Shown: positions 18,970 through 27,044 of the stretch, piece by piece | Position numbering within the stretch: the stretch's first letter is position 1 | Layout: the number at the start of each line of letters is the position of its first letter | Origin: Ferruginibacter sp. | Lineage (GTDB): Bacteria; Bacteroidota; Bacteroidia; Chitinophagales; Chitinophagaceae | Assembly (NCBI GenBank): GCA_046597635.1 | Contig: JBKJKD010000144.1 | Coordinates: 2,905-66,904, forward strand | Length of the DNA stretch: 64,000 nt | Reading direction: 5' to 3' | Notes under the pieces: generated by a model | What the model was told of the DNA's origin: nothing | The model's input: the letters and a program-made list of their open reading frames with translations, nothing else | The model's database searches: none | Made by a program: the position numbers and the translations under genes

Positions 18970-19482
18970 ATGGCAAAGATTTTACGAACATATTTGTTGG
19001 GTTCATTGCTAGCTGTTGTTTCCCTAATGCCGGTGCTCGTTGCTATGTGGTATTGCACAAGCCAGGCCATCATTTACCATCAAATGGAAACGGCGCTTCA
19101 GAGGGAACACCTAGAAACCATCACCCTAAAAACAGCTGATATCACATGGGTAAAAGAAAGCAAAGAAATTCTTTTAGGTAATCAACTATTTGATGTAAAA
19201 ACAATTGTTACCAACGGAAATGAAACAACACTCACAGGTTTATTTGATCATCAAGAAAAATTACTAAAAGAAAAAATCGGGAAACTTGAAGGCAATGGTA
19301 TGCGGCACGAAAAGCGAGTAAAAGTTACCAGGCCACTGTTCTTCTTTAGCCCTGCCGCCGCCATACGTTTTGCAGGCTTAATATTGATGCCGAATAGAAA
19401 TGCAAACTATTTATATTATAATGAGCTTTTCATACAACAAGATTATAGCCTGTTAATCGCTCCCCCGCCCCGATTTGCCTAA
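18970..19482 (+). CDS. Hypothetical membrane protein with Pro-rich C-terminus upstream of a TonB receptor
   Basis: N-terminal TM, W.KE.KEI...NQLFDV, ends LLIAPPPRFA*. Confidence 0.7.
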   Translation: MAKILRTYLLGSLLAVVSLMPVLVAMWYCTSQAIIYHQMETALQREHLETITLKTADITWVKESKEILLGNQLFDVKTIVTNGNETTLTGLFDHQEKLLKEKIGKLEGNGMRHEKRVKVTRPLFFFSPAAAIRFAGLILMPNRNANYLYYNELFIQQDYSLLIAPPPRFA

Positions 19483-19506
19483 CATTTACCGGGGTTAACC
19501 CCTTCT

Positions 19507-19546
19507 GTATCGATGTCTATTGGATATATCGGATACTTTTTATTTT
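19507..19546 (+). terminator. Candidate intrinsic terminator/attenuator between the upstream ORF and the TonB receptor
   Basis: gtatcgatgt...atatcggatac imperfect stem followed by tttttatttt. Confidence 0.5.
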
Positions 19547-19726
19547 AGACACAACCAAAGGCCTGGGCTGCAGCCGCATACCTACGCCGTAACAACAAAC
19601 TGGCTATAAACAATTCGTTTATAACCCTAAACTCTAACGACCGTATAATGCCGATTAACGACATCTAAACAAACACGGATGTTTTTTAAGCTGTGTTCTA
19701 TGTGGTCTATCTAAACATATAAACAC

Positions 19727-21949
19727 GTGAAACATATTATACTACCTGTAGGTCTTCTGCTTGGTTCCCTTTTAGGAAAAGGACAGGATAAAAAACCTTT
19801 GCCAAAGGATACCGCCGCTGAGATCAGCCTAAATGAAATAACGGTTTCTGCCACGAGATTTAAAGAAAACAGTATTTTTTTACCGCAAAAAATCGTGTCC
19901 ATAAATGCAGAAAGAATTGCAGCTTACAACCAGCAAACTACCGCAGAATTATTGAGCCAATCCGGCGAAGTACTTGTTCAAAAAAGCCAGCTTGGTGGTG
20001 GAAGTCCGGTTATACGTGGCTTTGAAGCCAATAAGATTTTAATAGTGGTGGATGGTGTAAGAATGAACAATGCTATTTTCCGTGGTGGTCATCTGCAAAA
20101 TGTAATTACGGTTGATAATGCCATGCTAGCTAAAACGGAGATTCTATTTGGGCCCTCATCTGTTATCTACGGCAGTGATGCGCTGGGTGGCGTATTAAGC
20201 TTTTACACCAAAGACCCTTTGTTTAGTAGTGCCGCTGGCAAAACTTCTATTTCGGGTAATGCCTTTGTGCGCTATGCTTCTGCCTACAATGAAAAGACAG
20301 GCCACTTCGACCTTAATATTGGAGGTCAAAAGCTTGCTTCGCTAACAAGTGTAACTGTTTCAGATTTTGGTGACCTCGAGCAAGGTTCAAAGTATTACGA
20401 TCAGTTTCCAAACTGGGGCAAACGTAATTTCTACGTGAAAAGAATCAACGGCATTGACTCCATGGTTGCCAACAGTAACCCAGACAAACAAGTTGAAACA
20501 GGGTATACGCAATATGATCTATTGCAGAAGCTCCTTTTCGAAACCGGAAGGCTTCAGCATACGCTAAATTTCCAATTCTCTACTAGTTCCGATATCAATC
20601 GGTACGATCGTTTGACTGATGTGAATGGGGCCGGAATCGCAAGGAGTGCGGAATGGTATTATGGCCCACAAAAAAGACTGCTTACTGCCTGGAATATCAG
20701 CCTTCCTTCCAGCAAATTTTATGATAAAGGACAAATAGTTACTGCCTATCAGGATGTGGAAGAAAGCCGCCATAACCGCAACTACCGGAGTACCAAACTA
20801 AATAACCGGGAGGAGCGGGTGAAGATCGGCAGTATGAATGCTGATTTCTTTAAAAAACTTGGCAAGGCCGAATGGAACTACGGCGCAGAAATTACCTACA
20901 ACAAAGTAAAGTCAAATGCATATGCAGAAAATATAACTACTGGTGTGAGATCAGGGCTAGACACCCGATATCCCGATGGGGGCAGTAGCACACAATCATA
21001 TGCTGCGTACACAACTGGCCTTTATAAATTTTCAAATCAGATCACTGTCAACGGAGGACTGCGTTATACCCACAACAGGCTAAATGCCAATTTTAAGGAT
21101 AAAACGTTTTTTCCATTCCCATTTGACAATATTGAACAGGAATCAAATGCTGTTTCTGGCAATTTAGGAGTCGTTGCACTACCTGGCGAAGGTTGGAAGT
21201 TGTCCGCACTGGTTGGCACCGGCTTTCGTACCCCAAACATAGATGACATGAGTAAAGTTTTTGAAAGCGGCAACGGCACCTTGATTGTGCCAAACCCCAG
21301 CCTTAAACCCGAAAAGACTATCAGCTATGAACTGGGGGTTTCAAAAACTATAGCAAAAAAATTTAGTGCTGGTGCCACGGCCTGGTATAGTAAGCTTACC
21401 AACGCACTTACAACAGATTTTAGCACCTTAAACGGATCTCCCACCGTCGTTTACAACGGAACTTCAAGCAAGGTAGTCACCGTTGTAAACATGAAAAAAG
21501 CCTACTCCTGGGGCATAAGCGCCAACGTTAACGCTTCCATCAGCAACCAACTTAGTGTTAGTTCTCTCATCAATTACACCTATGGCAGAATAAAGGAAAG
21601 TCCGGAGAATTATCCTCTTGACCACGTTCCACCAACCTTTGGCAAAACAAGCATTACGGGTAATTTCGGAAATCTAAACCTTGAGTTGTTTGCATTATAC
21701 CATGCTGCGAAAGACTCTGCCGATTTTAATCTAAGAGGAGAAGACAACCAGCAATACAGTGCCGATCCTGTACGGGGATACTATCCTGGCTGGGCTACTG
21801 CTAATTTCAGGGCTGGATACCGCATCAATAAATACGCAGCATTTCAGCTGGCAGTAGAAAACATTTTCGACAAATACTACCGTGTGTTTGCTTCTGGCCT
21901 TGGTGCACCCGGAAGAAATTTTGTGCTCACGATACGGGGAAATTTTTAA
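19727..21949 (+). CDS. TonB-dependent receptor
   Basis: GTG start, signal peptide, TonB box EITVSATR, plug QKSQLGGGSPVIRG...GPSSVIYGSDALGG, barrel ending APGRNFVLTIRGNF. Confidence 0.95.
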   Translation: MKHIILPVGLLLGSLLGKGQDKKPLPKDTAAEISLNEITVSATRFKENSIFLPQKIVSINAERIAAYNQQTTAELLSQSGEVLVQKSQLGGGSPVIRGFEANKILIVVDGVRMNNAIFRGGHLQNVITVDNAMLAKTEILFGPSSVIYGSDALGGVLSFYTKDPLFSSAAGKTSISGNAFVRYASAYNEKTGHFDLNIGGQKLASLTSVTVSDFGDLEQGSKYYDQFPNWGKRNFYVKRINGIDSMVANSNPDKQVETGYTQYDLLQKLLFETGRLQHTLNFQFSTSSDINRYDRLTDVNGAGIARSAEWYYGPQKRLLTAWNISLPSSKFYDKGQIVTAYQDVEESRHNRNYRSTKLNNREERVKIGSMNADFFKKLGKAEWNYGAEITYNKVKSNAYAENITTGVRSGLDTRYPDGGSSTQSYAAYTTGLYKFSNQITVNGGLRYTHNRLNANFKDKTFFPFPFDNIEQESNAVSGNLGVVALPGEGWKLSALVGTGFRTPNIDDMSKVFESGNGTLIVPNPSLKPEKTISYELGVSKTIAKKFSAGATAWYSKLTNALTTDFSTLNGSPTVVYNGTSSKVVTVVNMKKAYSWGISANVNASISNQLSVSSLINYTYGRIKESPENYPLDHVPPTFGKTSITGNFGNLNLELFALYHAAKDSADFNLRGEDNQQYSADPVRGYYPGWATANFRAGYRINKYAAFQLAVENIFDKYYRVFASGLGAPGRNFVLTIRGNF

Positions 21950-21970
21950 AGCATACCATTTACTTAAAAC

Positions 21971-22013
21971 AAAAAACGCCTAATGTTAACATTTTAACAT
22001 TCAGGCGTTTTTT
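21971..22013. terminator. Bidirectional intrinsic terminator after the TonB receptor
   Basis: aaaaaacgcct-aatgttaa...taacatt-caggcgtttttt. Confidence 0.8.
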
Positions 22014-22078
22014 GTTGCGGAGCAGCGTAAGATTCCATTAAATTGTCATAAATTGAAGGGTAATAAATTCACGAACTT

Positions 22079-22654
22079 ATGACCGAGGAGCTAATGCTTG
22101 CGGGAAGTATTAAAAACAACGCAGCTGCGCAGGAAGAATTGTACAACCGATTCAGCCCTCGAATGCTGGGTGTTTGCTACCGGTTTGCAAAAAATCGGGA
22201 AGATGCGGAAGATATGTTGCAGGAGGGTTTTATAAAAGTATTTACCCAACTGCATCAGTACAGAAATGAAGGGGCATTAGAGGGGTGGATCAGGAGAATT
22301 GTGGTGCACACCTGCATTAACATTTTAAAAAAGAATAAGAAGTTTTCGGAGAGTGTTGATCTTATTCATGCAAAAGGCATACACATCAGAGAAGACATGA
22401 TTCCCTCCATTATGCAAGCCAAACAGGTGGTGGAGTGCATCAGGATATTACCACTTGGTTATCGCACTGTTTTGAATTTATATGCTATCGAAGGATTTTC
22501 GCATAAGGAAATAGGTGCCTTGTTAGACATTGAAGAAAGCACCAGCCGGAGCCAGTATACCAGGGCAAAGGCGATGCTGGAAGAAATACTCGTTAAGAAA
22601 AATATCATTCATAAATCCCGAAAAAATAATTTCGGAACTGCCTCTTCAAGATAA
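22079..22654 (+). CDS. ECF RNA polymerase sigma factor
   Basis: Region 2 EDAEDMLQEGFIKVF...LEGWIRRIVV; region 4 LPLGYRTV.NLYAIEGFSHKEIG..L.I.ESTSRSQY.RAK. Confidence 0.95.
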   Translation: MTEELMLAGSIKNNAAAQEELYNRFSPRMLGVCYRFAKNREDAEDMLQEGFIKVFTQLHQYRNEGALEGWIRRIVVHTCINILKKNKKFSESVDLIHAKGIHIREDMIPSIMQAKQVVECIRILPLGYRTVLNLYAIEGFSHKEIGALLDIEESTSRSQYTRAKAMLEEILVKKNIIHKSRKNNFGTASSR

Positions 22655-22713
22655 ACTGTTTGCCAGCTTTTTACCTTGAGAAAACCAAACTAAAAATGCT
22701 TTTTGTGAAAGAG

Positions 22714-24231
22714 ATGGAAAATAATTTCTATAGAGACGACTTTGAACAAATGCTTAAGGATACTACCGAGGATTTTAGGATGTACCCTTCCCGAAAAGTG
22801 TGGCACAGCATTTACAACGATCTTCACCCAGATCGCAAATGGCCGTCCTTTGCGGCATGCCTGCTGCTCCTTACTGCCATTTTATACATAGGAGTATCTA
22901 ACAACAACTACATTAGCAGAACTACACAACCACTTATCAGTTCCACGCTCAGCCCCGGCCTTCAGAGTGCATGGCCGATTTCTACTCAGTTGCCCGTAAA
23001 CACCAAACATGATATTGCTTTGGTAACGAGCCCTGCTCAAGGAAGCAAGCAACCAAATTTATCCGGTATTCAGAAGGGAGTTTCAAGTAAATCTTCGTTT
23101 GCCAAACGAGCTATAACAAGAATTTTACCGATGCAAATAACTGGAGAAACTGTGGTAGCCGATGATGGATCTAACTTCACTACAAGTATTACATCTAAGA
23201 CGGCTAAGCTGGATAATAAAGACTTTGCCGCACTTAATAAAACATTTGACATAGCTACCCTACCTGTGAAAAATGAGATCGTAACTAAATCGAAAGATGA
23301 ACTAAATGTTGGGGCAACTAACACGAACGTTCGGAGTTTAAATGGCAACGAAATGGATCAACTGGCATCTTCCATTTCTACTGAACCGACAAGTATCGCA
23401 AAAAGTGAAGTAACGTTTTCTAACCAGCAGTCAGAGCGTTCTTTACCTGTGGCAGATAAAGCCTGGATAGAAGATTTTGCATTTCACAATCTTCGCAATC
23501 CGGGTAAATGGAAGACCAATATTTCGTTTCAATACTACATAACGCCTTCCATAGGTTACAGGCATCTAAACAAAAACAATGACTTTGAACCTGTGAACGG
23601 AGCCCTTATCAGAACAACCGATAATGATAAAGTAACGCAGCAACCAGCGCCCAATTTTGAGGCAGGGGCAGTGATGCTTTTAGCTTTAAGCAAGAGGTTA
23701 AAGATTAAATCGGGCCTCCAGTTTAATGTAACCAACTACAACACTTACGCCCACGGCTTACAACACCCCACCCAAACAACGGTACCCCTCAATGATGCAA
23801 GGAGCGGTTACCTCCGCCATGAATCTTATAACACCACTTACGGTAATGTGCTCGGTTCTAACTTCACAAAATTGAACAACCAGACCTTACAGTTAAGTTT
23901 ACCAATAGGCATAGATTACCGAGTTGCCGGTAATGACAAAATAAAATGGTACATGGGGGCAGGAATACAGCCCAGCTTCATCATGTCTGGCAATGCTTAC
24001 CTGATATCATCTGACAACAAAAATTTTGTGCAGGATGATGCCATGCTTAGAAAATGGAATGCCAGCGCCAACGTAGAAACATTCATGAGCATCAAAACTC
24101 CGAGTGGTATTGATATTAACGTGGGTCCTCAACTGCGTTACCAACTCTTGTCTACGTATAGTAAAAGGTACAGTTACACTGAGAAACTTTACAATGTTGG
24201 CATCAAGATAGGAGTCACCAAAAAATTATAA
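22714..24231 (+). CDS. Putative anti-sigma: N-terminal cytoplasmic part, one TM, long linker, C-terminal outer-membrane beta-barrel
   Basis: Likely start MENNFYRDD. TM WPSFAACLLLLTAILYIG, Ser/Thr-rich linker, alternating beta-strands ending VGIKIGVTKKL. Follows the ECF sigma. Confidence 0.7.
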   Translation: MENNFYRDDFEQMLKDTTEDFRMYPSRKVWHSIYNDLHPDRKWPSFAACLLLLTAILYIGVSNNNYISRTTQPLISSTLSPGLQSAWPISTQLPVNTKHDIALVTSPAQGSKQPNLSGIQKGVSSKSSFAKRAITRILPMQITGETVVADDGSNFTTSITSKTAKLDNKDFAALNKTFDIATLPVKNEIVTKSKDELNVGATNTNVRSLNGNEMDQLASSISTEPTSIAKSEVTFSNQQSERSLPVADKAWIEDFAFHNLRNPGKWKTNISFQYYITPSIGYRHLNKNNDFEPVNGALIRTTDNDKVTQQPAPNFEAGAVMLLALSKRLKIKSGLQFNVTNYNTYAHGLQHPTQTTVPLNDARSGYLRHESYNTTYGNVLGSNFTKLNNQTLQLSLPIGIDYRVAGNDKIKWYMGAGIQPSFIMSGNAYLISSDNKNFVQDDAMLRKWNASANVETFMSIKTPSGIDINVGPQLRYQLLSTYSKRYSYTEKLYNVGIKIGVTKKL

Positions 24232-24250
24232 CCACAAAAAATATTGATCG

Positions 24251-24279
24251 AGCGCAGCCTTTTCAGCTGCGCTTTTTTT
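24251..24279 (+). terminator. Intrinsic terminator
   Basis: agcgcagc-cttttca-gctgcgc followed by T7. Confidence 0.8.
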
Positions 24280-24328
24280 ATAGTTGCTAATTAAAGGCAA
24301 ATGAAAATTTCGGTTTAATTTTGACCAC

Positions 24329-24910
24329 ATGATAAAAGTATTGATAGGTATCCTGCTGGTAATTATGATTTCCTCCTGCAATAGACCCGTTGACCCATCA
24401 ACAAATATTACAAATAATGATCAAGAAACACCCAGCTTTTTTCCGGTTACGAATTATATTTATGGGCAAATTGAAGCTATTAAACAGGCAGGCATCAATC
24501 CAATAAAAATTGATAGCAGTATTAGAAGCACAGATACGAGCTGGCTTAAAGTTGAAGACTTTGAAACCGCCTTCCAGGAGTTTGTAAAGCCGATAATTGA
24601 CAGCACCAATCTAGTTAACTTTTTTACTGAGAGTAAATTTGAGGATCAGACCATAGACTCCTACACCTTCACGTATAAAGCCAAGCCATCATTACCGGAC
24701 AGCATAACACTGCAGCGATGGGATGTGTACATAAGCCCGACAAGCAATACCATCGAACGAATTTTTATGGTAAAGAAATTGAGCGATGAAAAGGAATTAC
24801 AACTTACCTGGCAAAGCGGGCAATGGTGCAAGACAGTTATTATTGCTACCGATGCAAAGGGGCAACAATCTGTAAGCACTGTTCAAACTATCAAATGGAA
24901 TTTTGACTAA
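24329..24910 (+). CDS. Hypothetical lipoprotein
   Basis: Lipobox ISSC; 3 nt upstream of uvrC. Confidence 0.75.
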   Translation: MIKVLIGILLVIMISSCNRPVDPSTNITNNDQETPSFFPVTNYIYGQIEAIKQAGINPIKIDSSIRSTDTSWLKVEDFETAFQEFVKPIIDSTNLVNFFTESKFEDQTIDSYTFTYKAKPSLPDSITLQRWDVYISPTSNTIERIFMVKKLSDEKELQLTWQSGQWCKTVIIATDAKGQQSVSTVQTIKWNFD

Positions 24911-24913
24911 CAT

Positions 24914-26716
24914 ATGACCGCATCAGAATTTGCAGCCATAGCTGCTACCATACCTGTTTCTCCCGGCATCTATAAATATTTTGATGCCAACAATCAGCTC
25001 ATATACGTGGGCAAGGCAAAACATTTAAGAAAAAGGGTCAGCAGCTACTTCAATAAAAACCTGCAGAGTTATAAAACGGTAGAGCTTGTAAATAGGATAA
25101 TACGAATTGAGTTTACCATTGTAAACAGTGAACAGGATGCGTTCCTCCTCGAAAATTCCCTGATAAAAGAATACCAGCCGCTTTTTAACATCAACCTAAA
25201 AGACGATAAAACCTACCCCTATATCGTCGTAAAAAATGAACGCTTTCCGAGAGTGTTCTTCACTCGCAGAAAAATAAATGATGGCTCTCAATATTTTGGA
25301 CCCTACACATCTGTAGGAAAAGTGCGTGACTTGCTGGACGTTATTAAGCAGAATATTCCGTTACGTACCTGTAAACTCAACCTTACGGAAAATAATATTC
25401 AAAAGAATAAGTTCAAGGTATGCCTTGAATATCACCTGGGAAATTGTAAGGGTCCCTGTGAAGGTTTGCAAAGTACAGATGACTATAACCTCGGCATACA
25501 ACAGTTAAAGCATGTACTCAAGGGGAATGTGTACCCGGTAATGCAGCATTTTAAGACACTGGTTAAAGACCATGCAGAAAAAATGGAGTTTGAAAAAGCT
25601 TCCTTTTATCAATCCAAAATAGAGCACCTGCAACAATATCAATCTAAATCTGAAGTGGTAGGTACCAAAACAGGAACCATAGATGTGTTTAGCATGATTG
25701 AAGAAGGAGACCAGGCTTATGTAAATTACCTTGCAGTGAACAATGGCAGTATCATTCAGACAAAAACCATCACGCTTCAAAAAAAATTGGAGGAACCGCC
25801 TGCGGAAGTGCTCAGTTTTGCCGTAGCCCAGCTTAGACAAACTTTTGCAAGCGAAGCAACGGAAATCATTATTCCTTTTGAAATTGACTATCCTGCGGAG
25901 GGAATAATACTTACCGTACCAAGGAGCGGAGATAAAAAGAAGCTACTGGAACTGTCTCAAAAAAATGTAGACTATTTCAAAGAGGAGTTACATGCCAGGA
26001 AATTGCTGAAACTGGAAGATAAAACATCAGCCGAAAAAAGTAGGATACTGGTGCAATTGCAAAAAGACCTGTATTTAAAGGAACTACCCACTCATATTGA
26101 ATGCTTTGATAACTCCAACTTCCAGGGAAGCTACCCGGTGGCAGCAATGGTTTGCTTTATAAATGGCGAACCTAGTAAAAAAGACTATCGGCACTATAAT
26201 ATCAAAACGGTTTCGGGCATCAACGACTTTGCCTCCATGAGTGAAGTGGTTTTGCGGCGTTATCAGCGGCTAATTACCGAAGAAAAAGATTTACCCCAGC
26301 TTATCATCATAGACGGAGGCAAAGGGCAGCTAAGCGCCGCATTAGAAAGTATTGAACAACTAGGCCTCACCGGAAAAACAACCTTGGTAGGCTTGGCTAA
26401 AAATAAAGAAGAACTGTTTTTTTCCGGGGATACTTCTTCGTTGCAATTACCCTGGGATAGTGAAAGTCTGAAGTTGATCAGGCGCATCAGGGATGAAGTG
26501 CATCGATTTGGTATAACGTTTCACCGCAATAAGCGGAGCAAGGGCACTTTTGTAAATGAAATGGAAACCATTAAAGGCATTGGCAAACAAACCACTGATT
26601 TACTACTAAAAAAATACCGGTCAGTAGCACAAATAAAACAAAAAACGCTGGAGGAACTTACCTCAGACATAGGGAAAGACAAGGCAGAAAAACTCTTTAA
26701 AGGTCTCAATGGATAG
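24914..26716 (+). CDS. uvrC: Excinuclease ABC subunit C
   Basis: GIY-YIG (PGIYKY...IYVGKAK.L.KRVSSYF), IECFDNS, DGGKGQ, RIRDEVHRFG, C-terminal HhH. Confidence 0.98.
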   Translation: MTASEFAAIAATIPVSPGIYKYFDANNQLIYVGKAKHLRKRVSSYFNKNLQSYKTVELVNRIIRIEFTIVNSEQDAFLLENSLIKEYQPLFNINLKDDKTYPYIVVKNERFPRVFFTRRKINDGSQYFGPYTSVGKVRDLLDVIKQNIPLRTCKLNLTENNIQKNKFKVCLEYHLGNCKGPCEGLQSTDDYNLGIQQLKHVLKGNVYPVMQHFKTLVKDHAEKMEFEKASFYQSKIEHLQQYQSKSEVVGTKTGTIDVFSMIEEGDQAYVNYLAVNNGSIIQTKTITLQKKLEEPPAEVLSFAVAQLRQTFASEATEIIIPFEIDYPAEGIILTVPRSGDKKKLLELSQKNVDYFKEELHARKLLKLEDKTSAEKSRILVQLQKDLYLKELPTHIECFDNSNFQGSYPVAAMVCFINGEPSKKDYRHYNIKTVSGINDFASMSEVVLRRYQRLITEEKDLPQLIIIDGGKGQLSAALESIEQLGLTGKTTLVGLAKNKEELFFSGDTSSLQLPWDSESLKLIRRIRDEVHRFGITFHRNKRSKGTFVNEMETIKGIGKQTTDLLLKKYRSVAQIKQKTLEELTSDIGKDKAEKLFKGLNG

Positions 26717-26726
26717 TTGCGAACAT

Positions 26727-26785
26727 AAAAAAGGGCCAGGATAAAAATCCAGCCCCGTTTAAAATCCAATATCCTATGAAAAACC
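26727..26785 (-). ncRNA. Candidate sRNA copy 1 (~59 nt)
   Basis: Minus strand GGTTTTTCATAGGATATTGGATTTTAAACGGGGCTGGATTTTTATCCTGGCCC-T6; -7-like TAGTTTTA at 26797-26790. 5' end inferred. Confidence 0.6.
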
Positions 26786-26818
26786 GTTGTAAAACTAAGG
26801 GAAGTATTTTTAGCTACC

Positions 26819-26838
26819 TATACCATTTTTGTGGTATA
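26819..26838. promoter_or_regulatory. Palindromic operator TATACCA-N6-TGGTATA
   Basis: Perfect 7-bp arms, 22 nt from the -7-like box of copy 1. Confidence 0.65.
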
Positions 26839-26870
26839 AGTTAAATTTTGACATTCGTTGAGGATGGAGC

Positions 26871-26932
26871 AAAAAAAGGGGCCAGGATAAAAATCCAGCC
26901 CCGTTTTAAAATCCAATATCCTATGAAAAACC
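26871..26932 (-). ncRNA. Candidate sRNA copy 2 (~62 nt)
   Basis: Near-identical to copy 1, with one extra T, one extra C and a T7 tail; -7-like TAAGTTTA at 26944-26937. Confidence 0.6.
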
Positions 26933-26965
26933 GTGGTAAACTTAAGCCTATATATGTTATCTCTA

Positions 26966-26985
26966 TATACCCTAAAATGGGTATA
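26966..26985. promoter_or_regulatory. Palindromic operator TATACCC-N6-GGGTATA
   Basis: Perfect 7-bp arms, 22 nt from the -7-like box of copy 2. Confidence 0.65.
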
Positions 26986-26995
26986 TTTCAAATAA

Positions 26996-27023
26996 AAAGC
27001 CCTCTTCATCGGAAGAGGGCTTT
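26996..27023. terminator. Terminator of the gldKLMN operon
   Basis: aaagccctcttc-atcg-gaagagggcttt; T-tract on the minus strand. Confidence 0.85.
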
Positions 27024-27044
27024 AGAAAGTAGTTAGTTGAGGTA

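Noticed and set aside
19483-19726. Known riboswitch upstream of the TonB receptor
   Set aside because: No cobalamin, TPP or FMN consensus recognised.
26727-26943. Repeats read simply as a duplicated uvrC terminator
   Set aside because: The stem is weaker on the plus strand (A-C instead of G-U) and has no good U-tract. This reading also does not explain the conserved 5' region, -7 box and operator.
26776-27036. Plus-strand small ORFs starting MKNR in each repeat, and track ORFs 26848-27036 and 26818-27009
   Set aside because: The sequences diverge right after the first few codons and differ in length. Conserved promoter, operator and terminator elements all point to the minus strand. Not excluded without Ribo-seq.
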